In this document: positions 26,916-41,439 of the stretch, one piece after another | Position numbering within the stretch: position 1 is the first letter of the stretch | How the letters are laid out: every line of letters begins with the position of its first letter | Assembly (NCBI RefSeq): GCF_009914755.1 | Contig: NC_060931.1 | From: the human T2T-CHM13v2.0 reference genome, Homo sapiens | Length of the DNA: 64,000 nucleotides | Direction: 5' to 3' (one strand) | Translations under genes and position numbers: made by a program | The notes under the pieces: generated by a model | The model's input: the letters and a program-made list of their open reading frames with translations, nothing else | Databases searched by the model: none | Told to the model about the DNA's origin: nothing

Positions 26916-28397
26916 TTATTAAAACATGTTTCTTCACTAGAGGTTTATACATTTACCCCAATAGTATATGTTTGATTCCTTTTTCCCATCAGAATGTTAT
27001 ATTTATGAGTTGTGATAACTGTTAGACCTAAATTCTCAGTGGCTGTTCAGAATCAAACTTCTTGATTTTTGCTGTATACGTTTAGATGCATGCTCCAGAA
27101 ATTCTGTTTTCTCTGACCTGTTAGTATCGTTATTCAAGAAAATAATATGTAGTAGTTAATCTTATTGAGTGGTTTGGTGCTCTAGTCTGTCTTTATGCTT
27201 TGTTTTCTCAGATTGCAACACTTAAGAAAATTCAGAAATGTTCCTTTCTGAAGGGGAACATGGGAAGAGAAAAATGAACACTGATCACTGCAGTAACTTT
27301 CCCTTACCTTTAATAGCCTGAGTACTTGACCCTCGCCATTTGATAGAGGAGAAGGTCCCCTCTATATAGTGATACTCTTTTTTATGTCCTGGAGTCAGTT
27401 AATTTTTGGTTCCTCCTCTGATAAGTTAACACATAACTGTTACCTATCCTGAAAGATTTTCTTTCGACAGCTGGGCTAGATTTCTCTTAAATGACACTTC
27501 ACATTTGTCTGCTATGTGCGGTTAGTTCTTCCTGAGTTGTTCTGTCTTATTTCTGCATAAATAAGCCTTGATCTCCCAGGTCCTTGGCAACAGCAGAGCT
27601 CAGCGTGAGGTAGTGAGGACTTGGCTTTGCAGAGGACCATTGTCCTGGAGACAGTCCTGACCCTGGTTTCCAGGAGGTTGAGTGAGTTCCTTCATGGTAA
27701 AGTTTTCGATTGTGAAGTCTAAGCTACAGTCTTGATTGTGTTCTTTTATGTAAGTCATCGATATTTTGGCTCATGATTCTCATATCATAGATTTAGTATT
27801 TGGGGTTTATTAGCAAGTACACTGGGAAAACCTGTGTTCTAGCCCTCATGCCATCTGACTGTGCCATAGTTTTCTCATCTGCAAAATGAGGATAAGGGTC
27901 CCTGTCCTGCTTCCTCAGGGCATTGTTGTGAGGATGAGGAGGGGAGGAGAGCAGGGAAGGAAGGGAAGAGAGATTAATGTTCCTTTAACATTTATTGAGT
28001 TACCTTCTTGGTTTCAGGGAGTCAAGGATCTTATGTAATAATACAAATAACCCAGAGGAGATAGTGGTATTATCTTTACTTATAGATGAAGGAATATCAC
28101 AGTGTTCAGAATGATTTTCACTTGAGTTTGCGTTCAAACTCAAGGCTGTATAATTTCAGAGCTCATGGTTGTTCCGTTAGCCACACCATCTGAGGCTATG
28201 ATTGCCAAGACAGTTTGTCAAGTATGAAGTTCAATACAAACTTAAGAGATGATACTTACTACTTTCACCCCAGAGGATAGAGATTTGGACATAGGTACTT
28301 AAATCTACTTTCCTAGTGAGTGGGTATCTTAACTGATAAATCAAGGGAATTAGAGATTACAGGTTATCAGTCTAAATCTGACAGAATTCAGTGGTGA

Positions 28398-28722
<325 letters not shown>

Positions 28723-29228
28723 CCATGATGTTTTCTTCTATATCCCTAGAGGAATGTCCATCTTTTTCTATTGTACATACTCTTCCAGTCTTTATAGCAG
28801 ACCACACTTTGAGCCATTTCTTGTAACAACAATGTTGGCTATATTTATTGTGTCCTTGTGCTGGGCTCTGTGCTAAGTGCTTTTATTTTGTTTAGGTTTC
28901 ATAACAACTCTTTATTTTATTTTTATTTCAGCAACAGATTGACAAACTGGATCATAACAACTTATATATATTCTTATGTATTTATTTTATAAATGATGAA
29001 ATGGAGGCTAATGGAGCCAATTAAATAACTTTCAAAGGTCACTGCTGACATTGATTTGATTCTGAAACTAAATTCTTATTGCCATATACTGCAGCTCCTT
29101 CTCTGATTATAAAAACGAGCAGTTTGTGTAACTTGAATTGGTCCAGAATTTATTTTTGCCATGCACTTGCTATTTAGACGACCATAAAACTAGTTTTCAT
29201 CTCACTCGCTTGTCATAATGCTTTATAT

Positions 29229-29559
29229 CAGGGGTTGGCAAACTTACTCTGTAAAGGGCCAGGTAATAAATATTTTAGGCTTTGCCAGCCATATGGTCTC
29301 TGTCGCAACTACTCAACTCTGCTGTTCTAGTGCAAAAGCAGCCCTAGACAATACATAAATGAATGAGCTTGACGTGTTCCAATAAAACTTTATTTATGGA
29401 CACTGAAATTTGACTTTCATACTCTTTTGCATGTTACATAATCTTCTTTTGATGTTTTTCCAACCTTTTAAAAATGTAAAAACCATTTTTAGCTCATGGT
29501 CTGTACAAAAACAGGCAGTAGGCTGGATTTGGCTAGTAGGCTGTAGTTCGCCAATCCTG
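29229..29559. mobile_element. MER58B-type hAT-Charlie element
   Basis: TIRs caggggttggcaaact...agttcgccaatcctg; degenerate 8-bp TSD. Confidence 0.8.
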
Positions 29560-31114
29560 CATTTTATCGTTTTGAAGTTTTCTTCTTTGCATCTACTTTT
29601 TGGGTGTTCTTTTGTAATATTGGACTCTAAGTCAGCTTGCCTTGCAGATGGTACGGTTTAATAAATGTTGGTATGATTTGGGACAGCCAGCTCATGGAAG
29701 CTTTACTTGCTTAGTGATTTGGTCTCCAACACCTGTTCTACTGGCACATATAAACAGAGATTTTAATTGAGAAAAAGATTTAATCAGTAGGTAACCTCAG
29801 ATACCATTTTAACAGAAATCAGCTCCCAAATGCTTGTTTGTATGTGTGGCATAGTGGAATATCAGGATTGGGAAACTTCAACCCCAATCCTTGCTCTGCT
29901 GTCAATCCTGGTTATTTTAGGCAAAAGTTACTTTACCTCTCTTGCTCTCAGATTTCTCAGCTGTAAAATAAAATAGCCCAGATTAGATGCTGTCTTTATG
30001 TGAAGTCTCTCTGTAGATGATTGTTATGGTCCTCCTGAGATTTAAACTCCGTATATGTAAACTGCGGCCCGATTTTTGGCACAGTTGGCTCGGGAGCAGC
30101 AACTTGTGCTTGTACCTGTTGGGTCTGCAAGTGTATCCAGAGCCAGTGAGTCAGCACTGCCATGAGCTCCTGGGCTTCCGGTTCATTGGGTTTGAATGTT
30201 GGGCCCTCTAATTTAGGTTTGCCTCTTGTTCTTGCCAGGAAAAAAACCAAAAAGCAATACAAAAACACATACGCACACACACACAAAACAAACAAAAAAC
30301 TGGCTGTGTTGGTGAGTATTCAGAGAAAGGCCTCCCAGACCACACAGCTTATGTTGTTTTGGGATTGCTTGCTTTGTCTAAATGACTTTTTAATTTTCAA
30401 GAGATGATTCTTCCTGTGGAGGCAACAGCTCTGACTGCCAGGAAGCTTTTTCCTGATATGCATTTTGAAATATTCCCCAATTGAGTTTCTTTTTAGTTAC
30501 TCTTGCTTTCATTCAGTTTCTTTAAATGTTTTCATTTCATTAAAGGGTATCCATTAGGACCAAACTTTGCCTCCTCTTTTTACAGCAGCTCCTTCCCCAT
30601 CCCCTGATGGTATTTTTAGGTGTAGAAAACACCTTGTCCAGAGGGGAGTCCCTGGCCTGCTTCTTTGCCACTCTGACGTAGAGTCCCTGCATGTGCAGCC
30701 TTTGGGTTGTGACAGTTGAAGAATGGCATCATGGACCCTTCAGCTCAATGACTTTCCTGGTTCTCCTTTCTGTGTGACACACAGGATGCTCGCTATATTG
30801 TTTCTGAGAAAAAGCTTGTATTGCTTCTGGCCATTTTCATCCTTTTTAGAGCTTTGTAGATTTCACTGAAGTTCTGTCTTTTTCCTGTGGCTTCCTACCT
30901 AGTTATTTCTAGAGGATTTGAAGGTTTATACTTATAGCCGCTTCTGGGGTGAGTCACCATGCCTGACTTTTGCTTCTCAGGCAGCTGCCATTTAAAAAAA
31001 TTTTTTTGTTAATGTTTTTCAGCTAGCATCTAATCTTCCTGCAAGAATATGGAAGGCTCTATAGTAAAATATACATTTTATGTCCCCATGTTTTTGTACT
31101 TCTGTGTTGGACCT

Positions 31115-33500
31115 TAAAATTTTTTTTTTAGATATAATTAACATACCATAAAGTTGACACTTTTAAAGTATATAATTCAGTGGCTTTTTACTACAATCAT
31201 GTAACAATCACTACTAATTTGGAATATTTTCATCACCTCCAAAGAAATCTGTATCCATTAGTATATTCCCCACTCTCCCCTTCTGTCAGTCCCTGGGAAC
31301 CACTAGTCTATGTTCTGTCTATGGATTTCCCTTTTCTGCACATTTCATATAATGGGAACAGTTCAGTATGTGGCCATTTGTGTCTGGCTTCTTTTACTTA
31401 ACATAATGTTTTCAAGGCTCACCCATGTTGTAACATCAATCAGTACGCAATCTCTTTTTATTTCTGAATTATATTCCAATTGTATGGATATACAATATTT
31501 TATCACCAGTTACAGCTGTTGATGAACATTTATTGTTTTCTCTCTTTTTTTGGCTATTATGAATGATGTTGCAATGAGCATTGGTGTACAAGTTTCTGTG
31601 TGGGCATATGTTTGTATTTCTCTTGGATATATACTATCGGGGAACCTGCCCCTGATAGTCACGTAGGTTCTTTTCTATTTTCCCTAAGCGTCGGCTGGTT
31701 TGAGAAATAAAGGGACAGAGTACAAAAGAGAGAAATTTTAAAGCTGGGCATCCGGGGGAGACGTCACATGTCGGTAGGTTCCGTGATGCCCCCTGAGCCG
31801 TAAAACCAGCAAGTTTTTATTAGGGATTTTCAAAAGGGGAGGGAGTGTACAAATAGGGTGTGGGTCACAGAGATCACGTACTTCACAAGGTAATAGACTA
31901 TCACAAGGCAAATGGAGGCAGGGCGAGATCACAGGACCACAGGACTGGGGCGAAATTAAAATTGCTAATGAAGTTTCAGGCACCATTGTCATTGATAACA
32001 TATGGAGACAGGGTTTGAGAGCAACTGGTCTGACCAAAATTTATTAGGTGGGAATTTCCTCGTCCTAATAAGCCTGGGAGCGCTATGGGAGACTGGGGCT
32101 TATTTCATCCCTACAGTCTCGACCGTAGAAAACGGCCATACCCAAGGGGGCCATTTTAGATGCCCACCCTCAGGGGCACATTCTCTTTCTCAGGGATGTT
32201 CCTTGCTGAGAAAAAGAATTCAGCGATATTTCTCCTATTTACTTTTGAAAGAAGAGAAATATGGCTCTGTTCCGCCCGGCTCACCGGCGGTCAGAGTTTA
32301 AGGTTCTCTCTCTTGTTCCCTGAACGTTGCTGTTATCCTGTTCTTTTTTCAAGGTGCCCAGATTTCATATTGTTCAAACACACACGCTCTACAGTTTGTA
32401 CAGTTAACGCAATCATCACAGGGTTCTGAGGCGACATACATCCTCCTCGGCTTACGAGATGACAGGATTAAGAGATTAAAGTAAAGACAGGCATAGGAAA
32501 TCACAAGGGTATTGATTGGGGAATTGATAAGTGTTCATGGAATCTTCACAATTTATGTTTAGAGATTGCAGTAAAGACAGGCATAAGAAATTATAAAAGT
32601 ATTAATTTGGGAACTAATAAATGTCCATGAAATCTTCACAATCCACGTTCTTCTGCCATGGCTTCAGCTGGTCCCTCCGTTCGGGGTGCCTGACTTCCCG
32701 CAACATATACACCTAGGAGTGAAATCACAGGGTCATATGATAACTGTTTAACTTTTGAGAAACCTCCAGACTCTTTTCCAAAGCAGCTACACCACCCATA
32801 ATGTATGAGGGGTCCAGTTTTTACACATCCTTGTCAACACTTGTTATTGCCTGTCTTATTGATTTTAGCTATCCTAGTGGTGGTAAAGTGATATGTCATT
32901 GTAGCTTTGATTTGCATTTGTCTGATGACTAATGATGAAGAGCATCTTTTCATGTGCTTTTTGGACATTTATATTTATTTTTTGGATAAATGTCTCTTCA
33001 ACTTACTTTAATTGGGCTATTGTCTTCTTATCAAATTATGATAGTTCTTTATTCTGGATACTAGACCCTTGTCAGATATATGAGATAAGAGTCTAGTATT
33101 CAGAATTTGCATATACTCATATTTTTTTCTTTCTTGATAGTGTCCATTGAAGCACACTGTTTTTAATTTTTATGAAGTCCAATTTATTTATTTATTTTTA
33201 AGTTGCTTGTGTTTTTGGTGTCACCTAAGAAACCATCACCTAATGCAAGGCCATGTAGATTTACAGGTTTGTTTTCTTCTAAGACTTTTATAGTTTTACT
33301 CTTAAATTTAGGTCTCTGGTCCTTTTTGAGTTATCTTTTGTATATGGTATGACGTAGAGGGCCAACTTCATTCTTTTGCACATGGAGATCTAGTTGTCCC
33401 AACACATTTTTGTTGAAAGGACTACTCTTTCCCCATCAAATTATCCTGGCACCCTTGTTCAAAGTCAGTGGGCCATAAATGTATGGATTTGTATTGGGCC
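31115..33500 (-). mobile_element. Old L1M 3' region split by the MER11 LTR
   Basis: Antisense L1M text resumes in register after the LTR (tatac|acctaggagtg...gggtcatatg). Confidence 0.8.
31635..32705 (-). mobile_element. Full-length MER11 solo LTR (HERV-K HML-8; ~1.07 kb, MER11B/C-like)
   Basis: Reverse complement starts TGTTGCGGGAAGTCAGG and ends GGTTCCCCGATA; TSD TATAC; internal ~90-bp tandem repeat 32481-32645; CpG-rich. Confidence 0.9.
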
Positions 33501-34394
33501 TTCTTTTTGTAATATTTGTCATCAGATGTCTGCCCTTGTTCTTTATGTTGGTTCTTCACACAGGTAGATATTGCTGTTACAGTATACCTACTATACTATC
33601 TTAACTAGTGGATATGCCCGTTAAACCAGTCCTCTTTGCAGAGCTGGTAAGATGCCATTCTCAGACCAAAGTGATTTTTGCTCTTGGGCTGGGAAAAAAT
33701 ATTGGCTTCATTGACATACAAATTTCTGTACCATCCTTTTCTTTGCCCTTAGTATGGCTGGGTTTTTGTATAAGAAGTTTTCTGTCTTGTTGTGTCATTG
33801 GCCCAGGAGTTAAATAGTTAAACAAACCAAGTCATTTATCAGAATCTAGTGAAGATTTAATGTGGTGTTCCTGTTGCTGGGCAACATTTTAGTGGCTGCC
33901 CATACAGTGTTTCACTGTAGGTAAATCTCCCAGTAAACCCATAAGTGGGTTTGAACAATTTGAGTCCCCAATTTTCCTTCTCAGCTGCCTTGTTTCAGCC
34001 TTTGTAACCACGTGACTTGTGCCCTGAAGCCAGGTCCTTTGAATCACACCACGTCCCTCTGCAACCTTTATTGGCAGAACTGAGAAATGTCTAATCCATA
34101 ACCTCAATCAAACTGACTTATTGTGACACCTGGTTTCACAAACCTCCTGCTGTATCAGGTAGTTCTAAGATCATTTTTCTAGAATGTCAGTTTATTAATA
34201 TAATTGCATAAAGCAGTAACCATTTGACTTGATTTCTGTGCTTTATAAATTAGCAATTAAGGATAATTACTGCATCCATGAAAGTTTGCAACATGAATCA
34301 GCACAGCTTTGGCGGACTAATTACCTATGACAGTTTCTTCTCAATCTTAACATTATTCTCCTGAAATTAAAATTCTGGTAAACAACATATTATA

Positions 34395-34565
34395 CTTACA
34401 TGTGATGTTTATTGTTTGTCTGTCTCCCCCTACTAGAATGTCAGCTCCCCAAGAGCAGAAATTTTTGTCTGCTTTGTTTCACTGAAACATGCCACTTGCC
34501 TAGAACAATGCCTGGCACATAGTAGGCACTCAGTAAGTTTGTAGTGAATTAATAACTGAATAAAT
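34395..34565 (+). mobile_element. L2 3' end
   Basis: tagaacaatgcctggcacatagtaggcactcagtaa. Confidence 0.7.
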
Positions 34566-34894
34566 CAAGGAATAAAATTATAACAATAATCAACCTGGCA
34601 GGTCTTTCTGAGAAGAAAAACGGCTTGTTTTGGTGCCATATGACATATAAATTGTTGAGCATATAGACCCTTGGCCTTTTTCATATTTTACCCAGACATT
34701 TAAAGTATTTTTCCCCCAGAAGGTATTTCTCATTGGTTTTATTTGGTGGCGACTGTTAGCTATAAGAAGGCCATTACAATGTTTTCATTGAGGAAGAACT
34801 TGAATAAAGACTGTTGGCGAGTAAGACAGGTGGGAGAGTTTAACAGTGGTTGGCAGATGAAGTGGAAATAGCAAAAAGGAGGTGTAGTGTGTTT

Positions 34895-35199
34895 CTGTTT
34901 GTTTCTTTGTTTTTTTGAGAGAGAGTCTTGCTCTGTCACCCTGGCTGGAGTGCAGTGGCACAACCATGGCTCACTGCAACCTTGACCTCCCAGGCTCAAG
35001 CGGTTCTCCTACCTCAGCCTCCCAAGTAGCTGGGACTACTGATGTGCACCACCACACCCAGCTACTTTTTTTGATTTTTAGTAGAGATGAGGTCTTGCTG
35101 TGTTGTCCAGGCTGGTTTTGAACTTCTAAGTTCAAGCAGCCCTCTCGCCTCGTCCTCCCAAAGTGCTGAGATTACAAGCTTGAGCCATTGCACCCAGCC
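34895..35199 (-). mobile_element. Alu (J-like)
   Basis: TSD TGTAGTGTGTTT. Confidence 0.9.
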
Positions 35200-36562
35200 T
35201 GTAGTGTGTTTTGAATGATTTCAGTTTCTGTGAGTGGTAGGAGGGAAACTAGTTCTTCCCTAGTAGAAATAGTTCTCTTACTTCCATAACTGTGTACAGT
35301 CAGTCTTTTCTTACCTTTCCACCAAGGCAATAGCCAAATGAGGGGAAGAGAGTTTCAGAAGAAGGGTGCACACATGCCAATCCTCTCCTCCTGGAGGAGT
35401 AGGAATAGCAGTACCTGCCACAGTGAATCTATTTCTTTTGCTTAGGAAGTTGAATTGGTGACAGCTGCTTGAATTCATATATTCAATGGTATAAAAGGTG
35501 TAGAGAGCCTGTAGAGTAAAAATCATCTCCGTAACATTGATTCAAGCATTAACTGAATGGCATTTTTGGTGCAACAATGCAAGGAAGTTCTGACAGCAGC
35601 CTTTAGCATTCAGGGAGAGGAGAGGGCATACAAAGGAGTTTTGCACAATTACTGTGTACAAGTTGTTTGCCAAAGCCATTAATGGGGCCAGGATAATAGT
35701 TGTAGATCCATTGTCCCCAGGGATCCGGTTTACTAGGCAGAGGCATTAGAGAGGCAATACCTTTCTGATATTTAGAGATGAGGGGCTCTTCTCATCAGTC
35801 CCTCTGTTCTTGAGCTTCTCAGTTTGATTTGTCAGGCTTGAGAAACAAAGATGGTTTCCTAGGCTAGGTCAATGCTTGCTTATCAGAGTTCACCTTCGTC
35901 AGAGAGGATGAGTTTTCTTGTAAATAGGCCTTAGCTTTTATGACTGGGCTTTACCAAGAGGTCCCCTGGGAATGCGTTATTACTTTTTTTGTGTGTGAAA
36001 ACTTGACCAAAATTGAGCAGCAAGCACTAGAAACAGATGTTCTGGTTTGTGTGCTGTATGTAGTTTGGCTGTCCTCAGCCTCATTTGGAATTTGTGCTTG
36101 AATGATTTCAAGTGCAGGTATTCTGCACTATGCTCTTCTTGCTGTGTGTTTTGTTTCTACCACTTGTGAGAAAGAATTGAATATAAATGAGTCAGGAAGC
36201 TCTCCTTTTCTTCTTTGGCCCTTCTTATTCAGGAACTTCAAGCAGCCTCTACTCTAGTATACCTGTTCTTTCCTGGCTTTGTTTGGTTTGAGAGCTTATC
36301 TTTTGGAATGTCAGTTCCCTGGGATAATGCCTAGGACATGAATTCTCAGGATAGGGTGTTAGCATGGTTATTTGGCTAGAAGTTTTAGGGTTTAATTGCT
36401 GATAACAGGATAAAAACGAAAAGCGTGCCTGTAACTGGATTAGGAAGACAGTCTTTTTGTGTGTGTGTGCCATGGTATATAACCAGGGATTAAAGTGACT
36501 TAGGCCAGGGTCTGTGTGCTTAAGGTGTTGGGGATATTGAGACATTATCAGAGTACTAATTT

Positions 36563-36626
36563 AATGTACAATTAAATATTGTATATTGGAATGTACAATT
36601 AAATATTGTATATTGGAATGTACAAT
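36563..36626. repeat. 27-bp tandem repeat x2.4
   Basis: aatgtacaattaaatattgtatattgg, perfect copies. Confidence 0.9.
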
Positions 36627-37551
36627 ATTGTTTGATAGAATTTCCATAAAAAGTTAGTATGGATAAATGAATTGTGATATATTCGTACAAAATCCTTGGT
36701 CAGGGTAATGGTGGGGTTTGAGAGAAGGGGCTGCAAGTAGAGAGGGGCACATGGATTCCAAGGTTCTGGCAATGTGCAGTATTTCAGTTCTTAACTTGGG
36801 TGGTGGTTGCTCAGATGTTTTACTTTTCTTATTCTTTAATTTGTACATGTGGGTTTAAATTCATTTGTGTATTTATATCAATATTTAACACTTGAAAGCG
36901 TTAGTTAAGGTAGAGAGGTGGAGAGCAATGCACTCTAAGTGAAAGGAGCAGCTTCCTTTCATTCTCCTTTTTCTCTTCCTTTGATTCAACTTCCTCACAA
37001 GGATTATTCCTTTACTGAGAACTCCATGGTCTTGTCTAAACAGTGTTCTGTGTTGACAGAACCCTCCAACCTTCTCACTACTAACCTTTCGAAGCTATTT
37101 TTTATGAAGCGTGGAATTGAGAGTCTTTCAGATCTAGTGAAGCCAGGGCATGAGCCCCCACCTGTTTGTTGTATTGTGAGTCTCTTCGCAAAGACAATTT
37201 GAATAGCTTGGGTCGTTTTTCCCTTATGTGTCTTCTTCCCTTCTTTCACTTGAAATCCTTTCTTCTTCTCCCCTGCAAATACTTTAAGGTTAATGCCAGT
37301 GAGCTTTAGAGCTCTTTTCACAGTTGCAAGTGGGTTCTATGCCTGGCATCTTTGATTAGAGAGATGAAAGGAGCCACTGACTGCACTTGGGAGCCTTAAG
37401 GTGTTTATTAGATTCTTACGTTTTAATCATGTAGGGCATGGGTTTTCTAGATTACTTCTGTATTTCTCTCTTGTACTGTCCACAAGGGACACTCTAGGTA
37501 TTGCATCCACCTTAGCCTTGGGCATGCTCATTTCCTCCCAGGGGTGTGTAG

Positions 37552-37870
<319 letters not shown>

Positions 37871-38293
37871 ACAGCTTCCCCTTTTCCTAAGCCTTTCATT
37901 GTTCGCTTCAATCTGAGAATGGAAAGTGTTGATGGAGATATTAATTCTTAATAATTGGAAAGAATGCAAGGGGTGGTACTTGCTAGGATGAAATTATAGA
38001 GGTCATTAATCTGTATGTCTCACATGCCTTTTTACCCCAGTCTGTTTATTCTATGACTTTTCTATTGTTGGATTTCTGGGTCAATCATTTCAGAATTTGG
38101 CCCCAGGCTTTATGTAGGTATTTCTCTTATAAAATTAAAAACAATCCTGTTTATTTAGTCATTCAACAGATGACTTTGCATGCCTTTGAAGTGCAAATGC
38201 TATTTGAAATGTTGGGGATACGGTGGTACACAACCTGCATTATGGTGATACGGCCTCTGGACCATTCATTTTCTCTTTCTTCCCCCTACGTAG

Positions 38294-38443
38294 GTCCTCT
38301 CAGGGTGCGCCATCATTGTCCGAGGTCAGCCTCGTGGTGGGCCTCCTCCTGAGCGGCAGATCAACCTCAGCAACATTCGTGCTGGAAATCTTGCTCGCCG
38401 GGCAGCCGCCACACAACCTGATGCAAAGGATACCCCTGATGAG
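38294..38443 (+). CDS. SND1: SND1 exon 2 ([11 protein letters not shown]...DTPDE), 150 nt, phase 0-0
   Basis: Pyrimidine tract + tag|GTC; GAG|gtaggt; continues the exon 1 frame; SN1 domain. Confidence 0.98.
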
Positions 38444-38984
38444 GTAGGTGTTTCCTGAGGCCATCGTGAGCCTGTGGACCTAGGTAATAGCCCACTGTCT
38501 TCTGTCGCTGATGCCATTTTGATGTACTCTTTCTTTGTATTTTGAGTATTTTTATATCATAGAACTGCTGATTCTGGATGTGCCCACAAGCAGCTTGTAT
38601 CTGTTGTTTATATGTTTACTACCTTTAGTGGCAGTTGAAGTCTTAGAGCTTTTTCTTGTACCTTTTCCCATAGACTTAGATTTGTCGTGTTTTCACTACT
38701 ACTTTTCTTGGAATAGTTTAGGAACATTTCCTGGGTAGCCTTAAGCATTTGAAATCACCATTGGTTATGGCAGAGCTCTTTTATTAATTTATTTTTGAAT
38801 TCTTCATTCATTTACATTGTTCAGAATGCAGAAGGATATATAGTGAAAAATCGAGTACTTCCCCTGAGACACCTGAGGTTACTAGGGTCTTGTGTCTCCT
38901 TCCAGAGATAGTTAAAACCTGTATGATCAGACACTCTCATTTTCATAAATCGTAGCATGCTATAAATGCTAGGCCCATATTTTA

Positions 38985-39350
38985 TTATTTTATTAAAGAT
39001 TGTTTTTCTTTAAGGTTCAGAGGGTACATTTTCATGTTTGTTACACGGGTATATTGTGTAATGTTGGGGATTGGGCTTCTAGTGTATCCATCACCAAAAT
39101 ATTGAACATTGTATCCAATAGATAATCTTTTAATTCTCACCCCCCTCACTCCTTCTCCCCTTTTGGAGTCCCCAGTGTCTATTATTTCTATCTATATGTC
39201 CATGTGTACCCATTGTTTAGTTCCCACTTACAAAAGTTAGAACATGTGATATTTGATTGTCTGCTTCTGAGTTAGTTCACTTAGGATGCTGGCCTCTAGC
39301 TCCATCCATGTTGCTGCAAAGGACGTGATTTCAGTCTTTTTTTATGGCTG
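38985..39350 (-). mobile_element. L1 3' end (L1PB/L1MA-like)
   Basis: tccatccatgttgctgcaaaggac; TSD-like cccata(t/c)tttatta on both sides. Confidence 0.8.
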
Positions 39351-39367
39351 CCCATACTTTATTACTG

Positions 39368-39665
<298 letters not shown>

Positions 39666-39829
39666 TATTCCAGATTCTTAATCTGGGATCCATGCACCTC
39701 TGAAGGCATATATAAATCCCATGAAATTGCAAAATTTTGTGTAAACGTGAATTGTTTTAGAGAGGGAGTTTTAAAAATCAGTTTCTTAAGGGAACTTATG
39801 GCTCAAAAGTAGTTAAGAACCATTGTTTT

Positions 39830-39885
39830 ATGGTTATTTGAGAACCTTCTGTGCCTAATGGTGATTTGAGAACCTTCTGTGCCTA
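39830..39885. repeat. 28-bp tandem duplication
   Basis: atggt(t/g)atttgagaaccttctgtgccta x2. Confidence 0.85.
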
Positions 39886-40106
39886 TGTCCCATCATCTCC
39901 TCCATCCTTCCCTCACACCCCTCAGCCTCTAATGCCCAGCCCCCTTGCTTTTGTGGTCTGCCTTTGACCCCTTAAGTTTCTGCTCTTTGGGCAGCTGCTA
40001 TGTGTACCAATTTGGCATTGTTTAGTCTTTTTGGCTTCTATACTTTGAAACATTAGTGCTTTGCTGTCCTTTAGCAGTGCTTTGGCTGTCAGAAATGAAA
40101 TTTCTG

Positions 40107-40446
<340 letters not shown>

Positions 40447-41439
40447 TTATTTGTTCTTTGCCCCAACTTTATCATGTTGGGCAGGTTGGTACCTCAGCTT
40501 TTGTGTGCTATTCCCTGCCAGGGAGGTAAAGAAGAAAAAGCAAGAGTTTATGTGGAACTTTTATTAATATTTAAGTAAAGCATTTAGTTTTTAAAATTAT
40601 AATAAAGGACATTTTATTTTAATTAAGAAGTTAGTGAAGCAATGGTATAGATAATAGAGATAGAGAAAAACTCCCATAATTCTACTACCAACAGCAATCA
40701 GACTAAATAGATTAAAATAAATTTAAGTAGATTAAAATCAGTTCTTTTTCACTGGTCCTCCATCAGGGACCACACATATTGAGAATATTAGCATATACCT
40801 CAGGGTCGTTTAATGAAGATTAAACAAGATAACATGAAGTGCTTTAGTGCATGCTTATAAAATAATAAATGTTAGTTGTGGTAATCACTACTACTGCTTG
40901 CTAATTTCTCTTACTACAGATACTCCTAGTACTGTTAGATCAACCACTGAAGATTAAATATCTTTCAGCATTTTTCACATTTTGGGCATTAACAAATGGG
41001 TGAACCAACATTTTGAATAGTTTCTTTTCCTATTGTGTAACAGCTTGATTGCTTCCAAATGAAGAGTGTTGACCCTTCTTGGAGCTGACCAAGTTCATTT
41101 GCCCAGAAGGAAGAACTAGTGTAGCCTCTAAGAAAGAAGGGTTGGATTTTAATTTCCTGTTTTGTGGATGAGAATCTTGGGCAGAGAAATACAAGGCCAG
41201 TTGGAACTTGTTCTAAAATATCATAACTGTATCCCATGTTAACAGGACGGTGAAATCTTACCAGAACTATCCTAGGTGAAAGGATACTGTGTAATCTGAT
41301 CCTAGCATTCTGGTGTAGTTCCATATATTTATACAGTCTAGTGCTTTTTGCCTCTCCCAGACTAACTCAGTCTCACTGTTTCTCCTGGTAACTCTTCAGA
41401 GATCCCTGTGAGATGAAATATTTGATAGCTGCAGATTTC

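Noticed and set aside
31738-32429. ~90-100 aa ORFs inside the MER11
   Set aside because: Solo LTR; no gag/pol/env motifs
32481-32645. ~90-bp tandem duplication
   Set aside because: Appears intrinsic to MER11 LTRs rather than locus-specific
38294-38303. Alternative acceptor ctctcag| 10 nt inside exon 2
   Set aside because: Frameshifting and downstream of the first AG after the tract; no supporting evidence
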